Below are positions 37,039 to 51,966 of a stretch of DNA of 64,000 nt, piece after piece. Made by a program: the position numbers and the translations under genes. The notes under the pieces are model-generated. The model was not told the DNA's origin. It saw only the letters and a program-made list of their open reading frames with translations, and made no database searches. The stretch is from NCBI GenBank assembly GCA_951406725.2, contig OX597831.1:41664001-41728000 (forward strand), given 5' to 3'. Positions within the stretch are counted from its first letter, which is position 1; the number at the start of each line of letters is the position of its first letter. This stretch comes from Octopus vulgaris (lineage: Eukaryota).

Positions 37039-37659
37039 TATAGATATGAGTTATTCACATTATGCAATAGTCCCTTTACTATAAAAAGAAGCATTTAATT
37101 ACAAAATGCAATTATTCTAGCTGCTGGTAAGATTGCGAGCGGACAGAAACATTAGCAGCCGGAGAAAATGCTTAGCGGCATTTCGTTCGTTTCTCACTTC
37201 TTGAGTTCAAATTCCGCCGAGGTCGACTTTGCCTCTCGTCCTTTCGAAGTTGATGAAATAAGTACTAGTTGAGCCCTGAGGGTCGATGTCATCAACTAAC
37301 TCTCTCCCTTAAAATTTCAGGCTTTTTACTTATAATAGAAAGGATTATACGTGCAGGTATTGCTATGGGAGTTTGGGGTTAAAAGTTACGAGAACAAAAC
37401 GGCATTTACTAGGCCGGAGGCTGCGCGGCGGCAAGCTGGTGAAACTGTTAGCACGTCGAACAAAACGTTTCACGGTATTTGTTTCTAGCTTTATATTCTG
37501 AGTTCAAATTCTTCTGCTGTCACTGTTGCATTTCATCGTTTAGGGGTGGGTAGAGTAAGTACCGTTTGAACGTACAATAATAAATGTAAAAATAATTGAT
37601 AAACTAAATTTCTTTTCTTTGATTTTTTTTTCAGTGTCTTGGGAGGAAGCGGCGACTAA
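30622..37659 (+). CDS. Secreted 4-Cys peptide precursor, paralog A (75 aa): [75 protein letters not shown]. Coding exons 30622-30709, 34441-34555, 37635-37659
   Basis: Acceptor ttttttag|acATG, phase-1 donor a|gtaagt, acceptor cttttacag, phase-2 donor at|gtaagt, last-exon acceptor tttttttttcag, TAA at 37657-37659, AATAAA at 37714. The 3'UTR is homologous to that of paralog B. Exon sizes and phases match B and C. Confidence 0.88.
31540..32192. mobile_element. hAT/Charlie-like MITE with nested SINEs
   Basis: TIRs CAGTGGTTCCCAAC / GTCGAGAAACACTG; flanks gtctggag / gtctgag(t) resemble an 8-bp TSD. Confidence 0.7.
33383..33603. repeat. Near-perfect palindrome, arms ~100 bp, in intron 2 of gene A
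   Basis: caacaataatattaaggaatgacctgacagg...ctgaaactaaagg pairs with cctttagtttcag...cctgtcagggtcattccttaatattattgttg. Confidence 0.92.
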
Positions 37660-38410
37660 TAACTGGACCACTTTCATTCTAAATTCTCTTTTACATATGT
37701 AACATAAAAATGAAATAAACTTTATCAGATACACAAAAAGAACATGGATTTCATTTTTTTATTTATATATTTATGTTTTTTACTACAGTCCTGGGCAAAC
37801 TGTAAGAAGCCCGCCAAATATTATATATATATATATAAATTAAATTAGAGATAAAACCACTATTAGGCAAATCAAACAGTGAAAAAACATGAACCAAAAC
37901 ATAAAAATAAATATAGTTAATATAATATACAAAATATATAAAATTTAAAATTTAAATTATTTAAATTTAAAATTTTTAATTTATATTTATAAATTTTTAT
38001 ATTTTATATTTTTCAAATTTTAAATTTATAAATTCTTAAACTTTTAATTTTTTAATTTTTTAATTTTTTTTTTATAACTATCAAAAAGTATTAAAAAGTT
38101 TAATATAATATAATAAGTAAAACCAGTACGTACGTTTCATGGCCATAACCCAATTCGAATTACAATTAATTTAAATTCAATAAAAATTTCGAATTATAAT
38201 TATAGTCAATCTTCAGGTTAATGATAATAGTTAAATAAATAAGCAAATATATTTAAACAACATTTTTTAAAGAAATAAATAAAATGATAATTTTTCTTAT
38301 ACAAGACTCTATTATCCAATTAGAAACTTTAACGATTAGGATTATCTCATACAACCCAATTATAATGTTAAATATTAATTTTTAAGGTAAAAATAGATAG
38401 AATATGTATT

Positions 38411-38468
<58 letters not shown>

Positions 38469-38521
38469 CATATATACATGTATATATATAAATATATATA
38501 TATATATATGTATATAAATAA

Positions 38522-38565
<44 letters not shown>

Positions 38566-38632
38566 GTTAAAAAAACACAAACTGGGACAAGAACGTGAAA
38601 CACCTAGAAGACGACAAAAAAACACACAGACG

Positions 38633-38722
<90 letters not shown>

Positions 38723-38965
38723 GCATATATATGTAACTGTAAAGGCGCGAGCTGGCAGAAACGTTAGCACGCCGGGCAAAATGCGTAGCCGTATTTCGTC
38801 TGCCGTTACGTTGTGAGTTCAAATTCCGCCGAGGTCGACTTTACCTTTCATCCTTTCTGGGTCGATAAATTAAGTACCAGTTACGCACTGGGGTCGATGT
38901 AATAGACTTAATCCCTTTGTCTATCCTTGTTTGTCCCCTCTATGTTTAGTCCCTCGTTGGCAATA

Positions 38966-39004
<39 letters not shown>

Positions 39005-39729
39005 CCACGCACGTACACACACATACACACGTACAAACACACACAAATTCACATACATACGCACACAAAAAACATGCGCACACACGAAAAAACTCACAAC
39101 CCCACGGATACACGCATATACATCCATATACGCTTACACACACACACAAACAAACGCACACATACACGCACACACAACTACACGCACATACATACACACA
39201 CACACACACACACAAATGAACTCACACATACATCCCATACACACGGCACACAACCATACATACACGCACACATATACATACACGCACACAATTACACATA
39301 CATATATATACACACACACGCACACATACACTAAGTTAAGCACAGTTACTCACCACACACCCAAACTCTACGCATACACACACAAACACACACATACATA
39401 CACACACACTACAAACAAAACACACACACGATACATATACATACACGCACACACACATACCTCTTTGTTTTTGACCTGTGATGTGACCTAAAACACCACT
39501 CCTTAATTCTTACATACTGGCCTGCTACCAGCCACACCATACACACATACACACACACACGCACACACACACACACACACGTGTCATCATTGCACACATA
39601 CACACACACGCGCACACGCTGACCACCCCGCGCATACACACCCACACACATTCCCCCTCTCACTTTCTTTACCATACTGTCTTTGATAAACTCTCCTGTC
39701 TTTAAAAAACATTATTATTCTTCTACCTT

Positions 39730-42680
39730 ACTACTTCCGTCTTTCAGTATGTGACCTCATGAGTACCACCGGCGATTTTTTTTCCTCTGTCTTCCCTTCT
39801 CGGGATCTTTCCTTCTCCTATGTTTCCGACGAAGAGCTCTGCTCGAAACGTTAAACCCTCCTTCTTCCCTTCTTTCCTGAGCGTCCAATAATACTTTATT
39901 TGTTCCACGTCCTTGCGTTGTTGTGTTTTTTTGTTTTTTTGTTTGGATTAACTTTATATACCGCACGCTCACACGGATACTTAGTGCCTTGGATACCAAT
40001 TCCTGGATTTTTACACCTAAGGATTACTGTTACCATTCTTCCGGAGTACGCCACTGAAATCGTGATTGGAAATCAAAAATAATCTGTCCGTGACTCTACA
40101 ATAACTTTTCCTCGAACTTTTTTTCCTTGAACCTTTTTTTCCTCAAACTTTTTTTTTCTCGTACTTTTTTCTTCTTTACCTTTCTTCTTCTACCTCCATT
40201 CTCCCACTTGTGTCACCACCACTTACACCTACACAAACATTCAGCACTTCTCAACATGCCTGACTTGCACTCGTTCGTCCAACACCTTCAATCTCTTCTT
40301 AGCCGCTTTCTCGCATTCTTCCCCGCCCAATGCTTACCACCCGCAAAAAAACTTTCTCACTTACTTTTTAAAAAAACTCGCCACTCTAGCCATCTCTTCT
40401 TCCTCAGCCGTTGCCTCTGCCATCACGTCACACCTCGTGGCTTCCTCTTGAAGTTCCACGCCACCCCCTATTCCTCCCCCTCTTCGAACCCACCCTCACC
40501 CGCACTTCCCGCCTCCTCATCCGTGCAACAATCCGTTCCACCCGCTCTCTCCTTCACTCCCTTGACCACCAACTTCCCCAGGCTTACCTCCTTCTCTCCT
40601 CCCTCTGCCCTCCACTCTTCACCCAACCTATTCTCCGCTTCATTCTTAATCTCAACCACCAACTTCACAATTTCCTCACACACACAAAAAACAAAAAACT
40701 CCACCACCTCCTCAACCCTTCACCTCCTTCCCCTCCCTCATCCCCTACATCCTCCCCTCCTGCTCCCCCGACTCCCTCCATTCCCGCACCCCTCCCCTTC
40801 CCCCTCCACGGACCCCCACCCCCACCCTGACCTTCCTACGCCTACCCCATCACCCCAACTCTCCTCCTCACACCTCTGCACCCCCTCTTTCTGACCCCAC
40901 TCATCCCACCACTCCGCTTCCTCGCACTGTTGTCACTATACACCCCAATTTCCCCCACTCCGCTGCCGAGCGCTCTCTCCTCAGTAAGGGACTCCGCTTC
41001 ACGCCTCTCACGCCCCACTGTGACAAATTCGAGACTCGGACCGACGTCAACCAGTTCCTGCGCCGCCTCAAACTTTGCGCATTCTTCCACGCGTCCCCGC
41101 AGCGTCACGACAATCAGGATTGCCTTTTGGAGCTGGGGCACCGCCCATCCAACTAGACGCCGCCCCAGGCCAATTCAGTAGCCTAGATTTGTTCGTGAAC
41201 GACTGCAACGCGTTGGTCCACCAGTTTAACTTTAAACAAAGACCTCTCCGAGACAACCTCACTCGGGCTGAATTGATTGCCCTTCGCCACCTCCGTCGCC
41301 GCAATGACATTGTCATCAAACCGGCGGACAAAGGCGGAGCAGTGGTGGTGTGGCGCGCAGATCTATACAGGGAGGAAGCGCTCAGCCAGCTTCAAAATCC
41401 CCTCTTCTATCGCCTCCTCCCCTCCGATCCCACCTCTTCTTACCAACAGCGAGTGTCCTCCACCATCCACGACCTCATCTTCTCTTCTGCTCTCCCCCCA
41501 ACCGCCACCAACCTCATCGTCCGCACACCCCGCACCTCCACCATCTATTTCCTTCCCAAAATTCATAAACCCAATAACCCTGGCCGCCACATCGTTTCCG
41601 CCTGTAATTGCCCCACTGAACACCTTTCCCTATACCTCGACCGCATCCTGTCCCCCTTAGTCGCAGCCCTCCCATCCCACATACATGACACCAACCACAC
41701 CCTCCGTCTCTTCAATTCCTTTTCCTTCCCTTCCAGCCCCTCACACCTCCTCTTCACCTTAGACATAAAATCCCTGTATACAGTAATTCCCCACAACGAC
41801 GGTCTCTTAGCCCTCCAACACTTCCTCGACCGTCGTCCCAACCCCACCCCCAGCACCCCCACTCTTCTCTTCCTGGCAGAGCTCGTCCTCACCCTCAACT
41901 GTTTCACGTTCGCCGGGGAAACGTACCAACAGTAGTCCGGGGTCGCGATGGGAACGAGAATGGGCCCCAATTTCGCCAATCTCTTTCTTGGCTACATTGA
42001 GGCCCAAGTATTCTCCCAATTCTCCGGGCCGACCCCAGAACTATACGGTCGCTACATAGACGACTGCATAGGCGCCACCTCCCTTTCCCGCGAACAACTC
42101 TGCCTTTTCATCTCTTTCCTCTCTAACTTCCACCCCTCTCTACAATTCACTTCCACCATCTCCAATACCTCTGTCAACTTCCTTGATATCTCTCTCAGCA
42201 TCGACCACCCCTCGCACTCTCTCACCACCTCCGCCCTCTTCAAACCCACGGATTCCCACCTCTATCTCAACTTCTCCTCCTCCCACCCCTTCCACACCAA
42301 ACGGGCCATCCCCTACTCCCAGTTCCTCCGCCTCCGACGCTTGTGCAGCCGTGACCAGGATTTCGAGACCCAGTCTCAATACCTGGCCCGCCTGTTCAGG
42401 CATCGAGGATACCCACCTACACTGGTCTTGAACGCCCTCGCCCGCGCCTGTCGCATCGACCGCACCACCGCCCTTTCTCCTTCCTCATACCCACCCCAAC
42501 CGCACCCTCTTTCCCCTCATTTTCCATCCCTCTACTCTACCCCTTCGTCGGAAGATACTACGTGCCTTCCGTCGCCTCCCGCTCGATCCCACGACCCGCC
42601 CCATTTTCCCCAACCCACCCCTGTCCACTTTCAAACGAGCCCGGAATCTACGCGACCTCCTGGTCCGTAGCACCCTCTGT
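39730..42680 (+). mobile_element. Penelope-like retroelement, RT region, disrupted and 3'-truncated
   Basis: DIVIKPADKGGAVVV, YFLPKIHKP, LDIKSLYT, MGTRMGPNFANLF, YGRYIDD, FLDI, YSQFLRLRR; in-frame TAG at 41933; pseudo-LTR with mini-hammerhead at 39822-39856. Confidence 0.92.
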
Positions 42681-45600
42681 GAAGATAGAGGCCAGAGATG
42701 AAACTGCCTGTCGTTATGCCTTTCATTCTTGTATTCCATACCGCCTCTTTCGCGATTATGAGAAAACAATTCTTACCTTCATTCGACAGGAAATCAGGTG
42801 GGTCAATTTAAAAATTGACTCAGACGATAGCTGTACACTTCCTGCACCAGACAACAGATGCACTGCATAAGCCCACACCTCCGGGCACTGAACAATAGTG
42901 TGCGGGACAGATCGGTGTGTCGCACTGACCGTGTCTTGCGAGCTTATTCCGAAAACTTGTTTCGTTATTGCCCACAAGAGGCTAACATAGAGGGGACAAC
43001 ACAGCCTGATCGGGGTCAGGCACACAGATGAATATAATTAAAAATTTAAATGCAGTTATAATGAAATCGAATGAAATACGACATAAAAGAAAAATTACAA
43101 ACACAAAATGAGGTAGTAAAAACAGGTTAAGCTCCGACCCCACAAGCCCTGTTCTACTACCAGCACCTTTCATTAAGACTTAGTACATGTTCATGAGTAG
43201 TCTTTTACGCACAACATTCGTGCTACACAAATCCACCTGTTTTTGAACATACTCTCTGACAGGAATTTTCTCTCCAGCCCCACTTACCTTTTCAGGTGAA
43301 AAGTGATGAACCTCACCAACCCGAGATCAGAGATGAAGTTGCCTGTCGCCAATCTTTTCATTCTCGACTTCCATATCACCTCTTTCGAAATTGCTACTAC
43401 TACGTGAAAGCAATTCTTACCTTTTTTCGTGAGGAAATCCGGCGGGTCAATTTTTAAAATTGACTCAGGCGACAGCAGTACTCTTCTTGAATCCGACAAC
43501 AGGTGTTCCACATAAGTCCACACTTCTGACACCATACCGCGCAGGACGGTTTTCCTATTCTGATCATATCTTGGACAGGCCGAAGGACCGGGCTGGCCGT
43601 GTCTGGTGAGCTTATCCGAACGGGCAAGGCTCCTCGGTAACATTGCTAGGCAAGAAACCTTTGGAAGTTATCCAAATTCCTCGGCCCGAATGTCCTTTGG
43701 AACAGACTAACTGGTTATCATCGAGGCCCAGGGTCTCCCCCAGAGCATCATCGTTTCCAGCCTCTACCAACCTGCTATAGAAAGATGCGGTGGTACCAAA
43801 ACCGCTGGTACTACCCGAGCGGCGGAACAGTAGGAGAGCCTTACGGCACTCCGTAAACGATGTAATCAACCTCGATCTTCGACGAAACCAGCTTTCTCAT
43901 CCACCGAAACTAGTAAACCTAGGAAACATCCGTTTCGCAAGCGGAGACTACACCCATTCACCATCCAAGAGAAGCCGAAGGTGCCTCAATCTCAGCGCGT
44001 GCTTGCGTATCAACAGCCAAGGTATCCCTAGTCCTCCCTTCAACGGCTTCTGACAGCAGATAGAACACCTCACAAGTGGAGTCGAGCCCTTCCACAAAAA
44101 GCGGAAGATTTGTCTTTCCAACTTGCTCAACCACGAATCAGGACAGGGAACAACGGTTAGGCGGTAAATGATGACCAATGCGATAAACACATTGGCCACC
44201 TCCACCCTCTCTTTCAAGGATAGCCACCGCCAAGACCAGGTCTTGACTATGAGGGTCACCTTGCTCGATACCTCTGCCCAGTTCTTTTCTAGTTGGAGGT
44301 CTGTAGGTGTTCTATATTGGTCACGATGATGGTGATGTCGTCCGCATATGCTGAAACCGATCCTTCATCAACTGCTTCGCTCGGGATGCCACTCAACTTT
44401 CGCAAAAGCGGCGAGTGTTAACATCCTTGGCGAACCGAACGTTTGATATAGAACGGTTTAGAAAGAAAACCGTTCACCTGAACGATCGAGTCGATTTTAT
44501 CATATAACTGTATGATCCACCTGAGGAAACCAAGACCCAGCGCGAACTGCGCGAGAACGGACACCAGGTAACGATGGTCAATCCTATCGAATGCTTTGGA
44601 TTGGTCAAAATGGACCAAAGCTCCACCCTTGCCAGAATCGTTACCAAACCCTTCTAAGGTGTAACGTATAATATGGAGATTATCCTGGATGCTTCTGCCG
44701 GGGACAGCACAAGTCTGTACCTTGCTGATCAGACCATCCTCGACACGCGCCAATCTTTTTGTTAACACCTTGGCCAAGATCTTCAACTCTGTATTTGATA
44801 GAATGATGGGCCTAAAATTATCTATTCTATCTCCCTTGTCCGAGTCCTTTCTGACCAGAGTCACCACTCCCCGGTGCACTGATCTGGGAATCATCCCGTT
44901 TTGCTGCCAGTTCGCGTAAACCCCGGCCAGTATGCCCGAACAAGTCTGGCATACTTTTATACAATTCATGCGGTAGACTATCAAGACCCGGTGCCTTACC
45001 AACGCTGCAGTCTGCAATAGCCTCTATTACCTCCTCAGGTGTAATCGACCCTTCACAGCACTCCACATCCCGATCCGAGAGACACGGCAGCCCTGCGAGG
45101 AAGTCCGTAAGGTCCAACCTACTATCCGGTCCATCGCTCCCCACGAAAACCTGAGCAAAGTGCTCCTGATAAGTCTTACACATCTCCTCGGGTTCGTTTA
45201 GCAACTCACCTTGTGGATTCTCCAAAGATCGAATCGTAGAATCATTTCCACGTTGGGCTTCCACCATTCGAGTCCACCAGTGGTTCTGATCACCTCGCAA
45301 CCCATTGCTCGAAGTCTAGCCCTGACAATACACCCCTTGTGTTTGGCTTCGAGGTGCTGCTTTAATTCCAGTCTCTCTGCCTTCATCTGAGATACACTAA
45401 CAGTCACCATGACTTCCTCTAGGGTCTTAGCTTGTTCTACTTCCCTCCTATGTTCTCTAGCCACTAAACCTATGTTATATCTAATAGACTCAAATTTAAT
45501 GGCTCTTTTTAGGGCATACCACCAAGATGGTTAATGATGGTACCTGTCAATGCCCTCTGTATCAATAATTTAATCTGGTTCCTGTACTCCTCAGTAGCCA

Positions 45601-46860
45601 GAGACTTTGCTATGTAACCTATCTAAGTTCAGCTTACAAGTGACAAACTTGTGATCACTGTAGCTGACCAGGTGAAACTGTGGACACTTAGCCATGTCTT
45701 TATTTTTCTAATTAGGATCCTATCTATATACGACCTTGAAGACCCATCACCACTTAACCACGTCCACAATGGAGCGTTTGGGAATTCTAGTCTGTATGGA
45801 TTTACTAGCTGAAAGCGACTTAGTAGATCCCGGAAGCCAGGATTTGGTCTCCTATTCGTACTCGAGCTAACACAATCCACGCGTGCATCGTGAATAGTGT
45901 TAAAGTCTCCTAACAAAACTAACGAATGCGATGTACCACGAAACTTCTCTAGGTTTTCAGTCTGACCAGAATTGGGGGCGTAAATTGCCACCAGTCTGGT
46001 TTTCCTACCACAACTGAAAGTCAAATCTAAGAAGACCAGCCTACCTTCTGGATCAGAAAAAAAATCAACCTTTTCTCTGAAACCCTGTTTCTTTTTAGTA
46101 GGACCAACACCCCACCCCGGCCCGCAGAAATAAATTTCTCGTAACTGTCCAAGAGCGAGAGCAGACCTCTTGACCCTTTTAACCAGGTTTCAGTAGCCAC
46201 AATAACATCTAACTTTCGTGACCTAACGTCATTTAGGAAACGTCCCTGTTTCCAGCTCGACGTGAGGCCACGCACGAATCCGCCTCCTCTTCTTTTTCTC
46301 TGGCTCGTGAAGTCGGATTATGTATGCATTCATAGATTTGGGGTGATATATCCCATCTCAATGGGCCTGCGTCCTCCCTATAGTCGTTCACAAAAATATA
46401 TGCTTTTTGATTCACGTTGTAAATCTCGTGTCCTTCTCTCACATCTTCATTTTCTATCTTTTTTATGTTTTTTATGCACTATAGGCGGTGTACTAGCCTC
46501 ATATTAGAAACCCTTACCGCCATGTATAGTTCTTTCTTGTGTTTTTCTTTTTTTTCCCTAGCTTTTCGCCTTTTTTATAGTTCTTTGTTTTTTTTCTGGG
46601 GAGGTTATTTTTATTTTTCTTTTGTTTTTAACAATCTCCCAACCCTCCCCTTCTTTGTTATTCTTCCACTCTGTCTTTTTCTTTTTTTTTTCCTCTTTGT
46701 TTTCTTTGTTTTCTTCCTCTTCTGTTTCTTCCTGTGCGGTCTTACAATCTGACCTAACGCAGCCTTTCATTCTACACTTGAAACAGCGGAGCTTCCTCCC
46801 CTCTACCATCACGACTAATTTAGTTTCTACCACCTCAATGACCTATGGATCAACATTTTT
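42680..46860 (-). mobile_element. Tx1/L1-clade LINE, near full length but frameshifted (ORF1 zinc knuckle, APE, RT)
   Basis: CFKCRMKGCVRSDC; VATETWL, AIYAPN, LLGDFN, RSYIDRI; GKAPGLDSLP, NFRPI, DQSKAFDRIDH, RSVRQGC, AYADDI, GGLGIP. Confidence 0.9.
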
Positions 46861-47593
46861 ACTGTCTGACCCGTCCAGTTTCTTTCTTCCATTACTTTTA
46901 CAGATAACAGCGTTATCTCATCATCTAAATCCAGCATAACTGCTGCTACCAGTCATTTAACCTTCAAAATACTGGATATGTTTTAGCAAGATAATAAAGA
47001 ATCTTGTATATTGTATCTATTGATGTTTTTCACCACTATTTTATGTTAAATACGATAAAGGTTACCGTTTTAATATATAGAAATGCACTGTAACATACAA
47101 TCCTGCTACCTTTATTCATTTGAGGATCAATGAATATGTAGTGTACCCGAGCAAAGGATTCGCAAAAATGAGAGAGGATCGAGTAGTAAGCTGTGGTTTC
47201 TTCCTTTTCTATGCAATATGACAGAAATCCCTGCAATGAAGTCGATCGATAGGTGGCTTTTACCTTCCATAACCGTTGTGATTATCGTAGAGTGGAGTGA
47301 TTGAATAAGACATCTAGTCTTATTGAAAATATCTCACTCAGGTTTGCATACAAGCCTGCTGAGGTGCATGGTCAACTTCGACCGTTGTGATATTATATAA
47401 GTCTTTGATAAACTGTATGTGAAAAACAAAGTTGATGAGGTCAAACATTTTTTTTTATTCTGCGTAACTAAATATTTATAACTCACTGCAAAATTGTTGC
47501 TTTCGAAACAATTTTGTAAATATGTTCCTCACCACTTATCTCTAAAGCGATTATATCAGCATATTCTGCTTCTCTTCAGTCAATTTCAATGGT

Positions 47594-47688
47594 TTCTCAA
47601 TTAGATGAGAACGACACAGCTGTTAGTCATGGATTACTATATAAAACGGCTTGTTCTGTTTTTTAACACACATCTCATGCACAATTCA
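47594..47688 (+). promoter_or_regulatory. Gene B promoter and non-coding exon 1: TTCTCA..TGAGAA (47606), CAGCTG (47617), TTAGTCA, TATATAAAA (47638), donor at 47689
   Basis: Homologous to the A and C promoters; donor ttca|gtatgt. Confidence 0.8.
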
Positions 47689-47789
47689 GTATGTATTTTT
47701 ATTAGTGCATTGGAAGGAATTGTCTAATTTCTTCTCTCAGTCTCATAATTAGCAGTTCATATTCTAATTCTCTAACAAGAATCCATCTA

Positions 47790-49026
47790 CAGGGTGTCCT
47801 AAATTCAAGGCAACCAACTATTTTCAATTTTGCCCAAGCAAAATATTGTTATATTTCGTGTCCGAGCGTTGCAATGCAATGGTAAAAGAAACACAATTAG
47901 GATTCTACTATATTTATTCGATATAACCACTTCTGTTTCGAATTACAGCCTTAAGTCTAGGAGCGACTGCTTCACACGTAGTATGCAGCTGTTCTTGCGG
48001 AACCGAAACCCGTTCTTGGCGCAGTTTTGCCTTCAGAGAGTCGAGCGAAGCATGAGGAGTGCTCGAAATCCTCGTCTCCAAAATGGGCCAAACAGAAAAA
48101 TCCAGCGGGTTAAGATTGGGGCTTCTTGAGAGCCTATGAACGACGGAATGTTTTTTCTGAATCCAGTGTTGTGTCAGTTGGGAGCTGTAGGATGGTGCCG
48201 AGTCCTGTTGGAGACTCCAAGGTGCTTCTTCACAGTGCTCATTCACCCAAGGCAGCAGTTCAGCTTCCAGAATGTCGCTAATGTATTGCTGGGTGTTAAT
48301 CTTAACACCCGAGGGAGACCTTCCAGTGGATGTCACAGCCGCCCAAACCATACCTGGCTGTGTATTTTGACGTCGATTTATGAGTCTCACCTCGACGGAG
48401 CCAGATGCACTCCAAAGTCGGTTATTCTGGTGGTTTACTATCTGTTCCATGTCAAATTTATTTTCATCAGTGAACGCCAGGTTGGGCAGCGTGCCTTCAG
48501 CAATCTGGCGCAGGATAAGACGACTACTCTCCAGTCACATGGCCTTATAAACATGCGTGAGCTCATGACGACGGATCGTCTTGTAGGGGTGTGTCCTGAG
48601 ATCCCCCCTCAGCATTCGATGCATCGATGTTCGGCTTATTTTTGTTGTGGCAGCCAGTTTTCTGCCAGAACTACGAGGATTTCGACGTATCTTTTCTCTG
48701 GTACTTTAAATAAGCTTTTTCGGCCATGTCCAGGTCGATCGGCGGTGAAACCAGTGTCTTGAAATTTCTTGACAATTTTCCAGAATGTTTGCTGTTCGGT
48801 TAATTTTAAGCGTTTTTTGCTATTACTGTATTACTTTCGCCTTCTTTGTGGAAGGTTATGATTGTATTTCCGTCTATAGCCATTATCAAATTTATAAATC
48901 TGAATTTATTTAGTCCGAAACAAAAAGAAGATACACTAAGCTTTTATGATGTATAATTTTCATATTTTATCACATGTATTGCTAGTTATTAAAGCCTGAA
49001 ATTTGCCTTAATTTCGGGACACTCTG
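47790..49026 (-). mobile_element. Tc1/mariner transposon (maT/DD37D-like), degraded, in intron 1 of gene B
   Basis: TIRs cagggtgtcctaaattcaaggcaa / ttgccttaatttcgggacactctg with TA duplication; motifs FTDEN, MVWAAV, QQDSAPS, SPNLNPLDFSVW. Confidence 0.9.
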
Positions 49027-49036
49027 TACATTTCTT

Positions 49037-49138
<102 letters not shown>

Positions 49139-49198
49139 CATCCATCTATCTATCTATTTATCTATCAATCTATCTGTCTGTCTATCTATCTGTCTGTA

Positions 49199-49276
<78 letters not shown>

Positions 49277-49311
49277 ATTATCTATCTGTTTATCAGTCTG
49301 TCTGTTTACCC

Positions 49312-49359
<48 letters not shown>

Positions 49360-49398
49360 GTCTATATTTTATCTATCTATCTGTCTGTCTATCTATCA

Positions 49399-49443
<45 letters not shown>

Positions 49444-49512
49444 TCTACCTACCTACCTGTCTATCTATTTATCTATATATCTATCTATCGTGATTATTTT
49501 CACGTTTCAGAC

Positions 49513-50954
49513 ATGAAACTCGTCCTTTTGTTTTTAGTGTTACTTCCCATCGTTTTCGCTGCCAGTTTGTATGATGAGGAACTTGATATGAGACTTTCAC
49601 GTAAGTAAAAACAAAACCTTCTGGATATATTTTGTGTAACACAGGTCGCGTAGATCTTCCGGTTATCAAAAGTTTTACAGCTATGACAAATCAATGGCCT
49701 TTACAGATTGGCTAATTGCTTAGTGGACAAATTGCTTAGCTGAATTTCTTCTGGCTTTACGTTCTTGGTTCAAATTTCTCCGAGGTCGACTTTGCATTTC
49801 ATCCTTTCGGAGTCGATAAAGTAGCAGTTGAGAACTGGCGTTGATTTAATCGTTTTATACTTTGTCCTCAAAAAATTGCTTGCCTCGTGCGAAAATTAGA
49901 AATATTTGTTCCTGTAGATATACAAATCACCAATACTTCGTATTAGCGATCACAAATTCAACGACATTTCTTGCCACTTAACACTGATGACACAGAAAGG
50001 CATGAATGTCATGCAGTCTCATACACTTTTCCACAATAAATACCTTCATGATATTCTTTGTAATATGATTAAATTTCTGAAGGAGGTAAGGTGGCAGAAT
50101 CGTTAGCACGCTGGATGAGATACTTAGCGGTATTTCGTCTGCCGCTACGTTCTGAGTTCAAATTCCGCCGAGGTCGGCTTTACCTTTCATGCTTTCGGGG
50201 TCGATTAAAAAAGTACCAGTTACACACTGAGGTCGATGTAATCGACTTAATCCGTTTATCTGTTCTTGTTTGTCCTCTCTATGTTTAGCCCCTTGTGGGC
50301 AGTAAAGAAATAGGTACTTCCTTCGTCTTTACGTTCTACATTCAAGTACCAACGAAATCGACTTTGCCTTTCATCCTTTTGGAGTCGATAAAATAAGTCC
50401 CAGTAGAGCACTGGGTCGATATAATCGACTTATCCTCTCGTCCGAACTTGCAGGCCATGTGTCAAAATTTGAAATCAATATAATTAAATTTCTCAACGTT
50501 ACAATTTTAATTAAACAGGAATAGCAAAGTACGTTGAAATATTTAGTTACGTTTTTCTAAGTTCAGTTAATCATTGGGGGTCGATGTAATCAACTTAATC
50601 ACCCCCGTGTCTGTCCTTGTTTGTCCCCTCTATGTTTAGCCCCAGTGGGCAATAAAGAAATAAAATATTTTAAATCCCGCTGGTTTCAGCTTAGATTTTT
50701 TCCTCTCTTGTTTGGTAGTCTCACTCAAAAATATGTGGACTCCTTGTAATTATGTTAAAATTCAAAATTGCAAACATCATTGTACAACATTTGTTCTAAT
50801 ATCTTCTACAGTAACCGATCTAATCAACCACCTCAAAGGCATGGATCTGAGTGGCGGCTGTGAAAAAGCTTGTCAAAATGAATATCCCTGGACGCCCTTA
50901 TGCCACCCAGCCTGTCAGTTGTAAGTTACTACAAAATGCATACAAACACACACA

Positions 50955-51049
<95 letters not shown>

Positions 51050-51708
51050 ACACTTATATGCGTGTATGGGGGGCGCCGCTGAAAATTTCCTGTCTTGGTG
51101 TAAAAGAAAATACCAGAGGATCAGTTAATTCAGATTTTATTCAACATATTCTCCCCTCAGATGCACACACTTATTGTAGCGGTCCTTCAGTTTTTCTAAG
51201 CCCTGTAAAAGAACTCAAAAGGTTAGGCCTCCAAGCAGGCCTTTTGTGACACCGTTCAAGCCAGAAACTTTTCAACATACCCTCCTATATATGTATGTCT
51301 ATATGGTTGTGTGGCAGTTTATAACAAATTCGCTTCTTAATCACGTAGGCTTTGTGATCGGTCACAATGCGTGGTACATTGGCCAAGTGTCTTCTACTAT
51401 AGCCCCGGACCAACCAATGCCTTGTGAGTGAATATACATACATGCATGCATACTTACATAGTGGGCGCGCAATGACCCAGCGGTTAGGGCAGAGGTTAGG
51501 TCGCGGTTTCGATTCCCAGACCGGGCATTGTGAGTGTTTATTGAGCGAAAACTCCTAAAGCACCGGTAGGGGATGGTGGCGAATCCTACTGCACTCTTTC
51601 ACTACAACTTTCTCTCACTCTTTCTTCGTGTTTCTGTTGTACCTGTATTTAAAAGATCATGGTGGTACTCCAGCATGACCACAACCACATGGCTGAAACG
51701 AGTAAAAG

Positions 51709-51758
<50 letters not shown>

Positions 51759-51834
51759 GTATATGTATATGTATGCGTATATGTATATGTATGTATGCAT
51801 GTATGGTATGTATATGTACATGTATGTATGCATG

Positions 51835-51895
<61 letters not shown>

Positions 51896-51929
51896 GTATG
51901 TATATGTATGTATATATATATGTATGTAA

Positions 51930-51966
<37 letters not shown>

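Noticed and set aside
37789-37815. Alternative last exon of gene A (ctacag|tcctggg)
   Set aside because: It lies downstream of the AATAAA. The 37635 acceptor is preferred because its 3'UTR is homologous to gene B's.
40127-40894. Pro/Ser/His-rich ORFs resembling extensin-like host proteins
   Set aside because: C-rich N-terminal region and alternative frames of the Penelope-like element.
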